Numbered from the stretch's first letter, positions 9,988 to 17,275 are shown. The stretch is 64,000 nt of DNA from a virus (IMGVR_UViG_3300027976_000007:1-64000), one strand, 5' to 3'. Translations and numbers: made by a program. The notes: generated from the sequence alone by a model not told the origin.

Positions 9988-10487
9988 TTCTTGATTTTAA
10001 ATTCTTTACCTAACATTTGGGTTAGTTCTTCCATTGTGTACTCTGGGGTTGATTTAGGGCGATTGTCTATAATCAATTTATCTGAATTTTCAAAATATAT
10101 TTCCTTACTATTCAAGTCAAATTCTTTTTTATACCAACAACCATTTGAAGTTTCATAATATATCACATTACTATTCAAGTCAAATTCTTTTTTATACCAA
10201 CATTCATCTGAATCTTCATAAAATGTTACCCTATTATTCAAGTCAAATTCTTGTTTGTACCAAAATTTCTCGGAATTTTCATAATAGGTTAAATTATTAT
10301 TCGAGTCATATTCTCTTTTGGACCAAAAATTATTTGGATCTTCATAATAGGTTACACTACCTCTTGAGTTAAATTCTCTTTTCTCCCAATATTTATTTGA
10401 ATTTTCATAATATGTTTGGTTGCCTCTTGAATCCTTTATCCTAAAAGGGAATTCGGTCATCTTCAGTTGCTCTGCTATTGTCATCAT
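9984..10487 (-). CDS. 21-aa repeat family protein (5 units)
   Basis: Shared caps and repeats. Confidence 0.9.
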   Translation of the reverse strand: MMTIAEQLKMTEFPFRIKDSRGNQTYYENSNKYWEKREFNSRGSVTYYEDPNNFWSKREYDSNNNLTYYENSEKFWYKQEFDLNNRVTFYEDSDECWYKKEFDLNSNVIYYETSNGCWYKKEFDLNSKEIYFENSDKLIIDNRPKSTPEYTMEELTQMLGKEFKIKK

Positions 10488-10861
10488 TTCTTAACTTTAA
10501 ATTCTTTACCTAACATTTGGGTTAACTCCTCCATCGTGTATTCAGGAATTGATTTGGGGCGGTCGTCTCTAATTGTTCCATTTGAATCTTCAAAATATAT
10601 TTCATTGTCATTCGAGTCAAATTCTCTTTTGTACCAAAACTTATTTGAATCTTCATAATAGGTTTCATTGTCATTCGAGTCATATTCTGTTTTTTCCCAA
10701 AACTTATCGGAATTTTCATGATAGGTTTCATTACCTTTTGGGTCAAATTCTTGTTTGTACCAAAATTTCTTTGAATTTTCCCAATAGATTTTATTACCCT
10801 TACCGTCCTTTATGATAAAAGGAAACTCTGTTATATTTAACTGTTCTGCGATTGTCATCAT
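10484..10861 (-). CDS. 21-aa repeat family protein (3 units), chimera of 9541-9987 and 4914-5291
   Basis: N-terminus identical to 9541-9987; remainder nearly identical to 4914-5291. Confidence 0.9.
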   Translation of the reverse strand: MMTIAEQLNITEFPFIIKDGKGNKIYWENSKKFWYKQEFDPKGNETYHENSDKFWEKTEYDSNDNETYYEDSNKFWYKREFDSNDNEIYFEDSNGTIRDDRPKSIPEYTMEELTQMLGKEFKVKK

Positions 10862-10920
10862 TTCTTGATTTTAAATTCTTTACCTAACATTTGGGTTAAC
10901 TCTTCTATTGTATATTCTAA
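10858..10920 (-). pseudogene. Orphan C-cap fragment of the repeat family (similar relics at ~2992-3050, ~8797-8858, ~11260-11303)
   Basis: Encodes EYTIEELTQMLGKEFKIKK without the rest of the gene. Confidence 0.7.
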
Positions 10921-10943
10921 CATATGAGTTGATTGTAGTTCAA

Positions 10944-11162
10944 TTATCTTTCTAAAATTACAAAATCACCGAAGTATTCATCGAAAACCTTTATGAGTTC
11001 TTCATAGTCACCTTTCATCATCTCTCTCACAACATCATTCCCATCTATCCTCATCTGTCTTGCATATTCTTTAGCAATCCCCATCAAAACGAAAGCATTC
11101 CCTTCGGGTCCTGTCAAGTCAATAATTCTCTTACCTTTTGCTTTATTTTTTTTCCTTATCAT
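10944..11162 (-). CDS. Conserved small phage protein (IDLTGPEGNAF motif)
   Basis: Motif recognisable from large phage genomes; start moved to MIRKK. Confidence 0.7.
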   Translation of the reverse strand: MIRKKNKAKGKRIIDLTGPEGNAFVLMGIAKEYARQMRIDGNDVVREMMKGDYEELIKVFDEYFGDFVILER

Positions 11163-11561
11163 TTCCTTAATTTTTGAAATTCCTAATGTATGACTTAACC
11201 TCATAGATTATCTCAGGAGAAATTTCTACTTTAGGGCTTTCTGTTTTCTTAGGGAGGATTGTGTACTCTGGGGTTGATTTAGGGCGATTGTCTATAATCA
11301 ATTTAAGGGAATTTAATATCTTAATATTCCTATCCATCATCCTGAAAAGATCCTCTAAATTATAGTCTTTATTTCTCATGTCTGTTAATTATATCTAAAT
11401 ATAACATCAAATTTTGGGGGAGCCAAATCCGTTTTTAAATATATGGTAAATATGTGGCCTTTTAACGTAAGATTATAAGGTTATAACCACTACTTATAGA
11501 TTTTTAATACCCTATACGTTGATGGTGGGGTAATGGTTTAAATCGAAGGTAGGTGGGAAAA

Positions 11562-11897
11562 TTATTTCAATTTGTTTAAATATTGTTGGGTAGTTTTAAT
11601 TTCACCTTCATATTCTGTAAAATATATTATGAAATCGGCTTCTAATTGAATATCACAGAGATAAGCTTTGGTTTTCCTACTATAAACGTTTTCTCTATCC
11701 CAATACCAAAATCCTGGGTAGAATCTTGCTTTAATTGAATTGTTAGTAGATTTAACTATTATGTTTGCTTTATATTTCTCATTAGTGAAAAAGATTTTAA
11801 TATCAGCTTCATGGGTAGAAGGGGTGAAGGATATTATTTGGGTTTTAAGAGAAACAGAAATGAAAACAAATAGAAATAGAAATAAACTTTTCATCAT
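11562..11897 (-). CDS. Secreted small beta-repeat protein (DUF6150-like)
   Basis: Signal peptide; ADIKIFFT and ADFIIYFT repeats. Confidence 0.55.
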   Translation of the reverse strand: MMKSLFLFLFVFISVSLKTQIISFTPSTHEADIKIFFTNEKYKANIIVKSTNNSIKARFYPGFWYWDRENVYSRKTKAYLCDIQLEADFIIYFTEYEGEIKTTQQYLNKLK

Positions 11898-12295
11898 ACT
11901 ATTGGAGGATAGATAAATTTAAGTAGAGGGAATATTATTTTCTCCCACACCCATCCTAGAGAAATTATAATGGTTAGGATAACCGCTATTATTTCGAATT
12001 TGGATAGCTTCATACTCCATCTTTCCTTTTCATCTTCTTTTTTCCCTTTCTCTATAACTTGAATCTCAGACTTAACCTTAATTGTTGTAGCTTGTTCATC
12101 CATAAAATGTTTTACCATATCCCTAAAAGCATTAGATTCCTCAATTAACTTATCTAATTTTTCTTTGCTAGCTTTATGTTTGATGTCTTCTTTTAAGCTC
12201 ATAAGGTCTTTATCAACAAACCTAAGGTGAGTCAATACTTTAATGACCAAATCTCTAGTACCGTTGGTACTTTGGTCGTTGAAATCTTCATTCAT
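11894..12295 (-). CDS. Coiled-coil protein with C-terminal TM helix
   Basis: Hydrophobic C-terminus; ATGA-coupled to the cupin-PAS gene. Confidence 0.7.
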   Translation of the reverse strand: MNEDFNDQSTNGTRDLVIKVLTHLRFVDKDLMSLKEDIKHKASKEKLDKLIEESNAFRDMVKHFMDEQATTIKVKSEIQVIEKGKKEDEKERWSMKLSKFEIIAVILTIIISLGWVWEKIIFPLLKFIYPPIV

Positions 12296-13191
12296 ATCAG
12301 ATTTTTATATTTTGCTTTAAATTCTTTGTATTTCTCTTCTGTTGAAGGTGTATTATTACATATCCAATACTCCCCACCTATACTAGTACTTGATCTCTCC
12401 CAATCTACATAGAAATAATCTCCAGTGTGTTTTTTATCTTCGTTAAATATTTTATATTTTGTTATAACATTGTCTTTGGAAGAATCAGATTCCCAAAATT
12501 TGAGTATAAAGGTTTTTTCTCTGTCGGCAATCATATCCATGAAAGGAGTAGAATCAAAGGTTGCCGCGTCGAGTTTGGTCATTTCCAACCATAAAGGGGA
12601 ATAGTATTTAAAAAATCCATCAAATGTTAGGATACAATTTAGCCTATACGGTGAGAAGAAGAGATCCGTTAATAGTTGCTCTTTTAAAGCAAAATCATAA
12701 GCCATTATCTCCAGATTATCATATATGATATCAATTCTTTGTTCGGGGGTTATGTCCTCTCTTTCTTTATATTCTGCTGACCATCCATCCTGACCTAAAG
12801 CGGGACACCATACTAAAACAATCCCTTCGTTATCCAAGAATAAGGCTTTATGGATAACTCCTTTAGGTATTTTTAAACAATCACCTGCTTTCAATAAAAT
12901 CTTTTTGGTTGTAATTACTTGAAAACGTCCATCCTCTAATTCTTGCACTTCACCTAGAAAATACACGACATTTCCTACGGCGGTCACGCTTTCAGAGAAA
13001 TCATGATAATGCCAGTCAAAAAGTTCTCCATCCACACCTTTGTAGATAGCTAGAGTTGCTATCTTACCTCCAATATCAAAAATTCCCTTTAATTTTGAAC
13101 CTTTTGAATTAAAGATTTGCCATTTATCGGTTATTTTGAAGTTTTTAACATTTTGAATGGGTTCTTTTAAAATCTTCTTTTCAATTTCCAT
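12292..13191 (-). CDS. Cupin domain plus PAS-like domain protein
   Basis: WHYH..SE / GD...IPKGVIH cupin motif; LNCILTFDGFFKYYSPLW...PFMDMI resembles a PAS core. Confidence 0.6.
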   Translation of the reverse strand: MEIEKKILKEPIQNVKNFKITDKWQIFNSKGSKLKGIFDIGGKIATLAIYKGVDGELFDWHYHDFSESVTAVGNVVYFLGEVQELEDGRFQVITTKKILLKAGDCLKIPKGVIHKALFLDNEGIVLVWCPALGQDGWSAEYKEREDITPEQRIDIIYDNLEIMAYDFALKEQLLTDLFFSPYRLNCILTFDGFFKYYSPLWLEMTKLDAATFDSTPFMDMIADREKTFILKFWESDSSKDNVITKYKIFNEDKKHTGDYFYVDWERSSTSIGGEYWICNNTPSTEEKYKEFKAKYKNLI

Positions 13192-13248
13192 TTATACATT
13201 TTGTTATAAATATATAGAAAAGTGTCAATATTGTACTTAATTTTAATG

Positions 13249-13321
13249 AGCCTCCCCCCAGAATCGAACTGGATTCTCCAACTTACCGAGTTGGACATCA
13301 TCCAATAAATGTTTAGGAGAC
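13249..13321 (-). tRNA. tRNA-Thr(GGU), atypical C33
   Basis: Cloverleaf; CCAAC-TCGGTAA-GTTGG; GTTCGAT T-loop. Confidence 0.75.
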
Positions 13322-13326
13322 TTAAT

Positions 13327-13415
13327 TGGAGGAAGACAAAGGTATCGAACCTTACTCCTTATGGGGAGCGTGTTGTTTAGCAAACAAACCCCATCACCAT
13401 TTGGGATTATCTTCC
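13327..13415 (-). tRNA. tRNA-Ser(GCU)
   Basis: TT-GCT-AA loop, long variable arm, encoded CCA. Confidence 0.85.
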
Positions 13416-13426
13416 TTTTTTATTAG

Positions 13427-13508
13427 TCGGCAGAGAGGGATTTGAACCCACATTTTCAACATACCAATTACAGTTCTCCATCTTATCAGGATGGGCTGGT
13501 ACCTGCCG
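13427..13508 (-). tRNA. Non-canonical tRNA-Ile(GAU)-like RNA; anticodon arm precedes the D-loop-like motif
   Basis: CGGCAGG/TCTGCCG-A acceptor; CCATC-CTGATAA-GATGG after a 7-nt linker; then GTAATTGGTATGTTGAAAAT and the T-arm. Confidence 0.75.
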
Positions 13509-13516
13509 TTTATTTT

Positions 13517-13586
13517 AGCCCGTATACTGAAATCGAATCAGTCTAGCCACCGTTATGAGCAGCAACCCTTCCCAGAAGATACGGGT
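13517..13586 (-). tRNA. tRNA(CAU) Met/Ile2 with a minimal D-arm
   Basis: CT-CAT-AA loop; CTTC-TGG-GAAG D-arm; ACTGA-TTCGATT-TCAGT T-arm. Confidence 0.65.
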
Positions 13587-13905
13587 GGTCCAACTTTAGA
13601 ATTTTAGGGTTTCTCGGTATGTGACTCCTTAACCTTTGTACCTCTTCCATTATTACTAAAATGAAAGCCATATTATTAAATGTGATGAATTTTTCTTTAT
13701 TCCAATACTTCTCATGTATACTAAAAGCTCTGGGTGGATGCATTCAAAATGTTATAACATTTCTTTATCTATTAACCAACAATTTTTTACATTTAATTTA
13801 TATAATATTAAACTGTTATTAGTTTTCTCTTTCTAACATCGGCTGTTTAGCTTGGGTTAAGACTTAAGTCTTTTATAGCCCCAACGATTAACAATTTAAA
13901 ATCAG

Positions 13906-13992
13906 TAGCGGGAGAGGGAATTGAACCCAGCGCACCTTTTGGTTCTTAGCTTATGAGACTAAGGAGGCATACCAACAGCCTTCATTCCCGCT
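13906..13992 (-). tRNA. tRNA(CAU) Met with extended D-stem and long variable arm
   Basis: AGCGGGA/TCCCGCT-A; TTAGT-CTCATAA-GCTAA. Confidence 0.7.
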
Positions 13993-13994
13993 AG

Positions 13995-14075
13995 TAGTCT
14001 AGATGGGATTCGAACCCACGTTTTCAATGTACCGCTACGGATATCCAAGATATAAGCTTGGTTCGATACTAGACT
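13995..14075 (-). tRNA. Non-canonical tRNA-Ile(UAU)-like RNA; anticodon arm precedes the D-loop-like motif
   Basis: AGTCTAG/CTAGACT-A; CCAAG-CTTATAT-CTTGG; CGTAGCGGTACATTGAAAAC; GTGGG-TTCGAAT-CCCAT. Confidence 0.75.
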
Positions 14076-14085
14076 ATTTATGTTG

Positions 14086-14158
14086 TGGAGCCACCGACAC
14101 ACGATATCGGATCCGATGATTGCAAATCATCAATTTTAACCACTTAAACTATGGCCCC
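14086..14158 (-). tRNA. tRNA-Ala(UGC), atypical T-loop
   Basis: G3:U70; TT-TGC-AA loop; T-loop ATCGTGT. Confidence 0.85.
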
Positions 14159-14166
14159 TTTTGTTG

Positions 14167-14246
14167 AGGGGATGGTGGGATTCGAACCCACATTTTCAAC
14201 TCCAATTACGATTAGTAGTTTCGAAGACTACCTCGATTACATTCCC
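14167..14246 (-). tRNA. Non-canonical tRNA-Arg(UCG)-like RNA; anticodon arm precedes the D-loop-like motif
   Basis: GGGAATG/CATCCCC; GTAGT-CTTCGAA-ACTAC; CGTAATTGGAGTTGAAAAT; GTGGG-TTCGAAT-CCCAC. Confidence 0.75.
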
Positions 14247-14255
14247 TTTTTTGTT

Positions 14256-14564
14256 TTATTTAAAAGTTTTAGAATATTCTTTAATTGTATCTAAAACTGT
14301 TTCATCTTTAGCAACTAATTGTGCTAGCCTTTTTATTACCTCTTTCATTTGCCCAAAATTGGCTTGACTGTTACCTATATCCTCCTCACATAAACTTTGA
14401 GCTAGAGGATTTATTTTTTCATTGTAATTAAACTTATCCATTCCTTTGCTATTTTTATTAACAATTGTTCTGTTTTTATATTGGAGGTATTCATATTTTA
14501 TTAAATTAAATAGTATATATAATACTACAACTACAATACTGCACAAAGCTAATACTTTCTCCAT
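14256..14564 (-). CDS. Hypothetical protein with N-terminal TM helix, inside the tRNA array
   Basis: 102-aa ORF filling the gap between tRNAs. Confidence 0.55.
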   Translation of the reverse strand: MEKVLALCSIVVVVLYILFNLIKYEYLQYKNRTIVNKNSKGMDKFNYNEKINPLAQSLCEEDIGNSQANFGQMKEVIKRLAQLVAKDETVLDTIKEYSKTFK

Positions 14565-14578
14565 ATATTTAAATTTTG

Positions 14579-14651
14579 TACCCCTAACAGGACTCGAACC
14601 TATACTAAAACTTTAGAAAAGTCTTGTGCTAATCCGTTACACTATAAGGGC
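14579..14651 (-). tRNA. tRNA-Arg(UCU)
   Basis: Canonical cloverleaf, TT-TCT-AA. Confidence 0.9.
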
Positions 14652-14663
14652 ATTTTAGTTTTG

Positions 14664-14737
14664 CTGTCCCCCCAGGGATCGAACCTGGAAACTCTACATT
14701 CAAAATGTAGCGGCTTTTCCTGTTTGCCTAGAGGACA
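14664..14737 (-). tRNA. tRNA-Gln(UUG)
   Basis: CTACA-TTTTGAA-TGTAG. Confidence 0.9.
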
Positions 14738-14750
14738 TTATATTAATTTG

Positions 14751-14824
14751 AGCGAGTAGACGGGATTGAACCTACTCTATTCCTGGTTGGAAGCCAAGTG
14801 CACCACCTCTTATGCGTTACTCGC
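14751..14824 (-). tRNA. tRNA-Gly(UCC)
   Basis: CT-TCC-AA; GCG start, U73. Confidence 0.9.
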
Positions 14825-14889
14825 TTGTATTTTCATTGTAATGATGTTTCCTATGACAATTAGAACATAAAACAATGCATTTATTTTTG

Positions 14890-14975
14890 TACTCGGAGAG
14901 GGACTCGAACCCTCACGATCGTTACTGATCACTGGAGCTTAAACCCAGCGTGACTACCAATTCCACCATCCAAGC
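14890..14975 (-). tRNA. tRNA-Leu(UAA)
   Basis: TT-TAA-GC; long variable arm. Confidence 0.9.
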
Positions 14976-14988
14976 ATCTTTATTTAAT

Positions 14989-15020
14989 TAAATATAACAT
15001 CCATATTTTGGATAGCCAAA
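14989..15020 (-). promoter_or_regulatory. Internal Bacteroidota-type promoter in the tRNA array
   Basis: TTTGGCTATCCAAAATATGGATGTTATATTTA. Confidence 0.8.
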
Positions 15021-15034
15021 TTATGGTGAAAATA

Positions 15035-15107
15035 GAGCACTTAACCGGCTTCGAACCGATGACCTCTCATTACAAGTGAGGAATTTTACCTACTAAACTA
15101 TAAGTGC
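15035..15107 (-). tRNA. tRNA-Thr(UGU)
   Basis: CT-TGT-AA. Confidence 0.9.
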
Positions 15108-15165
15108 TTATAAAATGGCCTTGCACCATTTCGGAAGTCTTTCGCGTTAACTTCTAAAGCCATGA

Positions 15166-15250
15166 TGAGGGTGGAGGAACCGAGCCCCTACCGATATTAC
15201 ACGATACCCTAGTTTTCAAGACTAGTTGTTCTCCCTTGAACGGCACCCTC
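15166..15250 (-). tRNA. tRNA-Ser(UGA), degenerate T-arm
   Basis: CTAGT-CTTGAAA-ACTAG; long variable arm; T-loop CTCGGTT. Confidence 0.65.
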
Positions 15251-15260
15251 AATTTAATAG

Positions 15261-15331
15261 TCTAAATGGTCAGAATCGAACTGACTACACCATGAACCCC
15301 ATTCATGATCGATACCTTATTCGTCATCTAG
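15261..15331 (-). tRNA. tRNA-Pro(GGG)
   Basis: CATGA-ATGGGGT-TCATG; C1-G72, A73. Confidence 0.75.
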
Positions 15332-15341
15332 TTTTATATTG

Positions 15342-15420
15342 TGGTCTTAAGAGGATTCGAACCCCTACCTGCGATTACTACTTTTGAAATAGTGGACTTT
15401 ACCAATTTGTCCATAAGACC
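15342..15420 (-). tRNA. tRNA-Leu(CAA), short variable arm
   Basis: ACTAT-TTCAAAA-GTAGT. Confidence 0.8.
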
Positions 15421-15425
15421 CGTTG

Positions 15426-15504
15426 TACCCATAACAGGACTCGAACCCGCACCAACGATTATTGCTTCTAAGGCAATGGACTTTACCAATTTGTCCATAT
15501 GGGC
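15426..15504 (-). tRNA. tRNA-Leu(UAG), short variable arm
   Basis: ATTGC-CTTAGAA-GCAAT; D-arm identical to the adjacent Leu(CAA). Confidence 0.85.
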
Positions 15505-15509
15505 ATTAA

Positions 15510-15584
15510 GGGAGTTATACGAGATTCGAACTCGTTCCTGAAGATTCACAATCTTCTATGCATACCTCTTACAACTATAACTCC
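15510..15584 (-). tRNA. tRNA-His(GUG)
   Basis: GAAGA-TTGTGAA-TCTTC. Confidence 0.9.
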
Positions 15585-15808
15585 ATGTAAAAATTTAATC
15601 TAGTTGGACTGGTTACCCGAATCCTCTTCATTTTCCCTCCAATTGAGTCTAAAATGAACCATGGCCTTCAAAACCTTATCAATAATAAGGGATGATTTGT
15701 TCTACTATAGATTAAAAGTATCGTCGAGGATAAGTATAACATTCAAGTTTAGTTTACAGACAAAACTTCTTTGTCCAACCTTTTTGTTTTTATTCCTTCG
15801 ATATTATG

Positions 15809-15879
15809 TCGGGTAGGTAGGATTCGAACCTACTATGCAACCGCTTCCAAGGCGGAGCCAGACCCATCGTGTCTACCCG
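15809..15879 (-). tRNA. tRNA-Pro(UGG), weak D-arm
   Basis: CT-TGG-AA; CGGGTAG/CTACCCG-A. Confidence 0.8.
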
Positions 15880-15889
15880 TTATTAATTG

Positions 15890-15960
15890 AGGTCAGTATA
15901 GGAATTGAACCCATATAAGATGGGTTGCAACCACCTACCTTACCAGTCGGACAACTGACC
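15890..15960 (-). tRNA. tRNA-Cys(GCA)
   Basis: TT-GCA-AC; U73. Confidence 0.9.
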
Positions 15961-15967
15961 TTGTTAG

Positions 15968-16040
15968 TACCCCCTGTAGGAATTGAACCTACCTAATGTT
16001 GTATGTAAAACAACCTCCTACCCAGTCAGAACTAAGGGGC
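15968..16040 (-). tRNA. tRNA-Val(UAC)
   Basis: GTTGT-TTTACAT-ACAAC. Confidence 0.85.
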
Positions 16041-16048
16041 TTATAATG

Positions 16049-16157
16049 TGGTGAGAGGGTTTGAGTTCTAACTAACACTTATTGGACCGTTCTATGATCC
16101 GTGACAAGTTAGTCATATGTTTTTTCCAATAATACATCTTTCTATTTGATGTCCTCA
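16049..16157 (-). ncRNA. Unclassified structured RNA candidate ending in CCA
   Basis: Paired termini TGAG../..CTCA-CCA; internal stems ACATC/GATGT, TTATTGGA/TCCAATAA, TGAC/GTCA. Confidence 0.4.
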
Positions 16158-16162
16158 TTTTT

Positions 16163-16234
16163 TGGTGGGCCTGAAGGAATCGAACCTTACTTGGTAGAGT
16201 TTTACAGACTCGCCCGCACCCTGTGCTCAAACCC
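16163..16234 (-). tRNA. tRNA-Tyr(GUA), short variable loop and 3-nt D-loop
   Basis: CT-GTA-AA; GCAC-AGG-GTGC; encoded CCA. Confidence 0.8.
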
Positions 16235-16289
16235 AAATTGTCCATTCTATATTCTATATTGGTCTGTGAATGGTCTTAACAGCCCCCAG

Positions 16290-16363
16290 TGCACCCCGAG
16301 GGGATCGAACCCTCAACCTGCCGGTTAAAAGCCGGTAGCTACTTCCACTTGAACTTCGAGTGC
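16290..16363 (-). tRNA. tRNA-Lys(UUU)
   Basis: CT-TTT-AA. Confidence 0.9.
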
Positions 16364-16491
16364 AATAATTAATAGAGCTTCATTGATTTCCTACTCCATT
16401 TACTACCTTTAATCAGGTAGAGGCTCATTCACGGTATCTATCAATACCTAATGAATTTTTACATTACTATGATAATTAAGTAAAAGATTGT

Positions 16492-16562
16492 CGGACCCGG
16501 GGGACTCGAACCCCGACCTTCACAGTGACAGTGTGATATGCAAGCCATTACACCACGAATCC
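16492..16562 (-). tRNA. tRNA-Asp(GUC)
   Basis: TCACA-CTGTCAC-TGTGA; G73. Confidence 0.9.
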
Positions 16563-16687
16563 GTTATTTTAAAGGTTAATTACTTCTTTGCTTCAAAATC
16601 ATATCTCGAGAATTTGATTCATAACCTTAAATGTGATCTTAATGTAATTTTCTATTACAATTCGAACATAGAATAATACATTGGAAG

Positions 16688-16761
16688 TACTGTCGACCGG
16701 ACTCGAACCGGCATCTTCTATCTTGAAAGGATAGCGTCCTAAGCCATTAGACGACAACAGC
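16688..16761 (-). tRNA. tRNA-Glu(UUC)
   Basis: CTATC-CTTTCAA-GATAG. Confidence 0.9.
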
Positions 16762-16851
16762 ATTTTTAAATTAATAAAATAGGATGGAATTACAAACCAT
16801 TTGTACGAAACGTACTGTATGTTTTCCTTTTTATAAACTTATTTTTAATTG

Positions 16852-16923
16852 AGGGCCTGGAGAATTTCGAAATCCCGGCCTGTTAGTTAACAGCTAACTG
16901 CTCTGCCTCTGAGCTACAGACCC
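16852..16923 (-). tRNA. tRNA-Asn(GUU)
   Basis: GTTAG-CTGTTAA-CTAAC. Confidence 0.85.
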
Positions 16924-16932
16924 TATTAAGTA

Positions 16933-16948
16933 CAATACGTCAAACAAC
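16933..16948 (-). promoter_or_regulatory. boxA-like antitermination signal in the tRNA-array leader
   Basis: GTTGTTTGACGTATTG, downstream of promoter 17027-17058 and a hairpin; resembles rRNA-leader boxA. Confidence 0.45.
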
Positions 16949-17026
16949 TTATGATTAATTTAATAAGTCCTAATCATTCAGACTTGTTAATTTTCGCGGC
17001 TGTTAACCCCGCTCCTCTTAACTATA

Positions 17027-17058
17027 TAAATATAACATCCTTTTTTACCGGAGCCAAA
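17027..17058 (-). promoter_or_regulatory. Bacteroidota-type promoter
   Basis: TTTGGCTCCGGTAAAAAAAGGATGTTATATTTA-type motif. Confidence 0.8.
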
Positions 17059-17072
17059 CTTATTTTTAATTG

Positions 17073-17144
17073 CACGTTGACTAGAATTCGAATCTAGATC
17101 TTCAATTCTGGAGATTGAAATGCTTGCCATTACACCATCAACGT
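17073..17144 (-). tRNA. tRNA-Trp(CCA)
   Basis: TCAAT-CTCCAGA-ATTGA. Confidence 0.9.
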
Positions 17145-17155
17145 ATTTTATATTG

Positions 17156-17227
17156 CGGGACCGAAGGGATTCGAACCCTTACCCGAGGATCTTCAATCCC
17201 CAGTGCCACCTGTTACACCACAGTCCC
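17156..17227 (-). tRNA. tRNA-Phe(GAA), first gene of the array
   Basis: TT-GAA-GA. Confidence 0.9.
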
Positions 17228-17243
17228 TAATTTCTCTTATATC

Positions 17244-17275
17244 TAAATATAACATCCCTCTTTTGGGAGGCCAAA
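17244..17275 (-). promoter_or_regulatory. Bacteroidota-type promoter
   Basis: TTTGGCCTCCCAAAAGAGGGATGTTATATTTA. Confidence 0.85.

Noticed and set aside
3270-10861. Diversity-generating retroelement behind the repeat-family variation
   Set aside because: No reverse transcriptase in the window, and differences are block swaps rather than adenine-specific changes
14890-15504. Suppressor tRNAs or stop-codon recoding (anticodons UAA, UGA, UAG)
   Set aside because: As anticodons these read UUA, UCA and CUA; no CUA/UCA/UUA anticodon was found and core genes are intact under code 11
15719-15803. Second tRNA-Tyr (CTGTAAA loop-like)
   Set aside because: No convincing anticodon stem, T-arm or 7-bp acceptor; kept only as an unclassified RNA candidate
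13543-16676. ORFs 14161-14367, 15334-15549, 15341-15541, 16146-16328, 16488-16676 and 13543-13743
   Set aside because: They overlap tRNA genes and translate their stems
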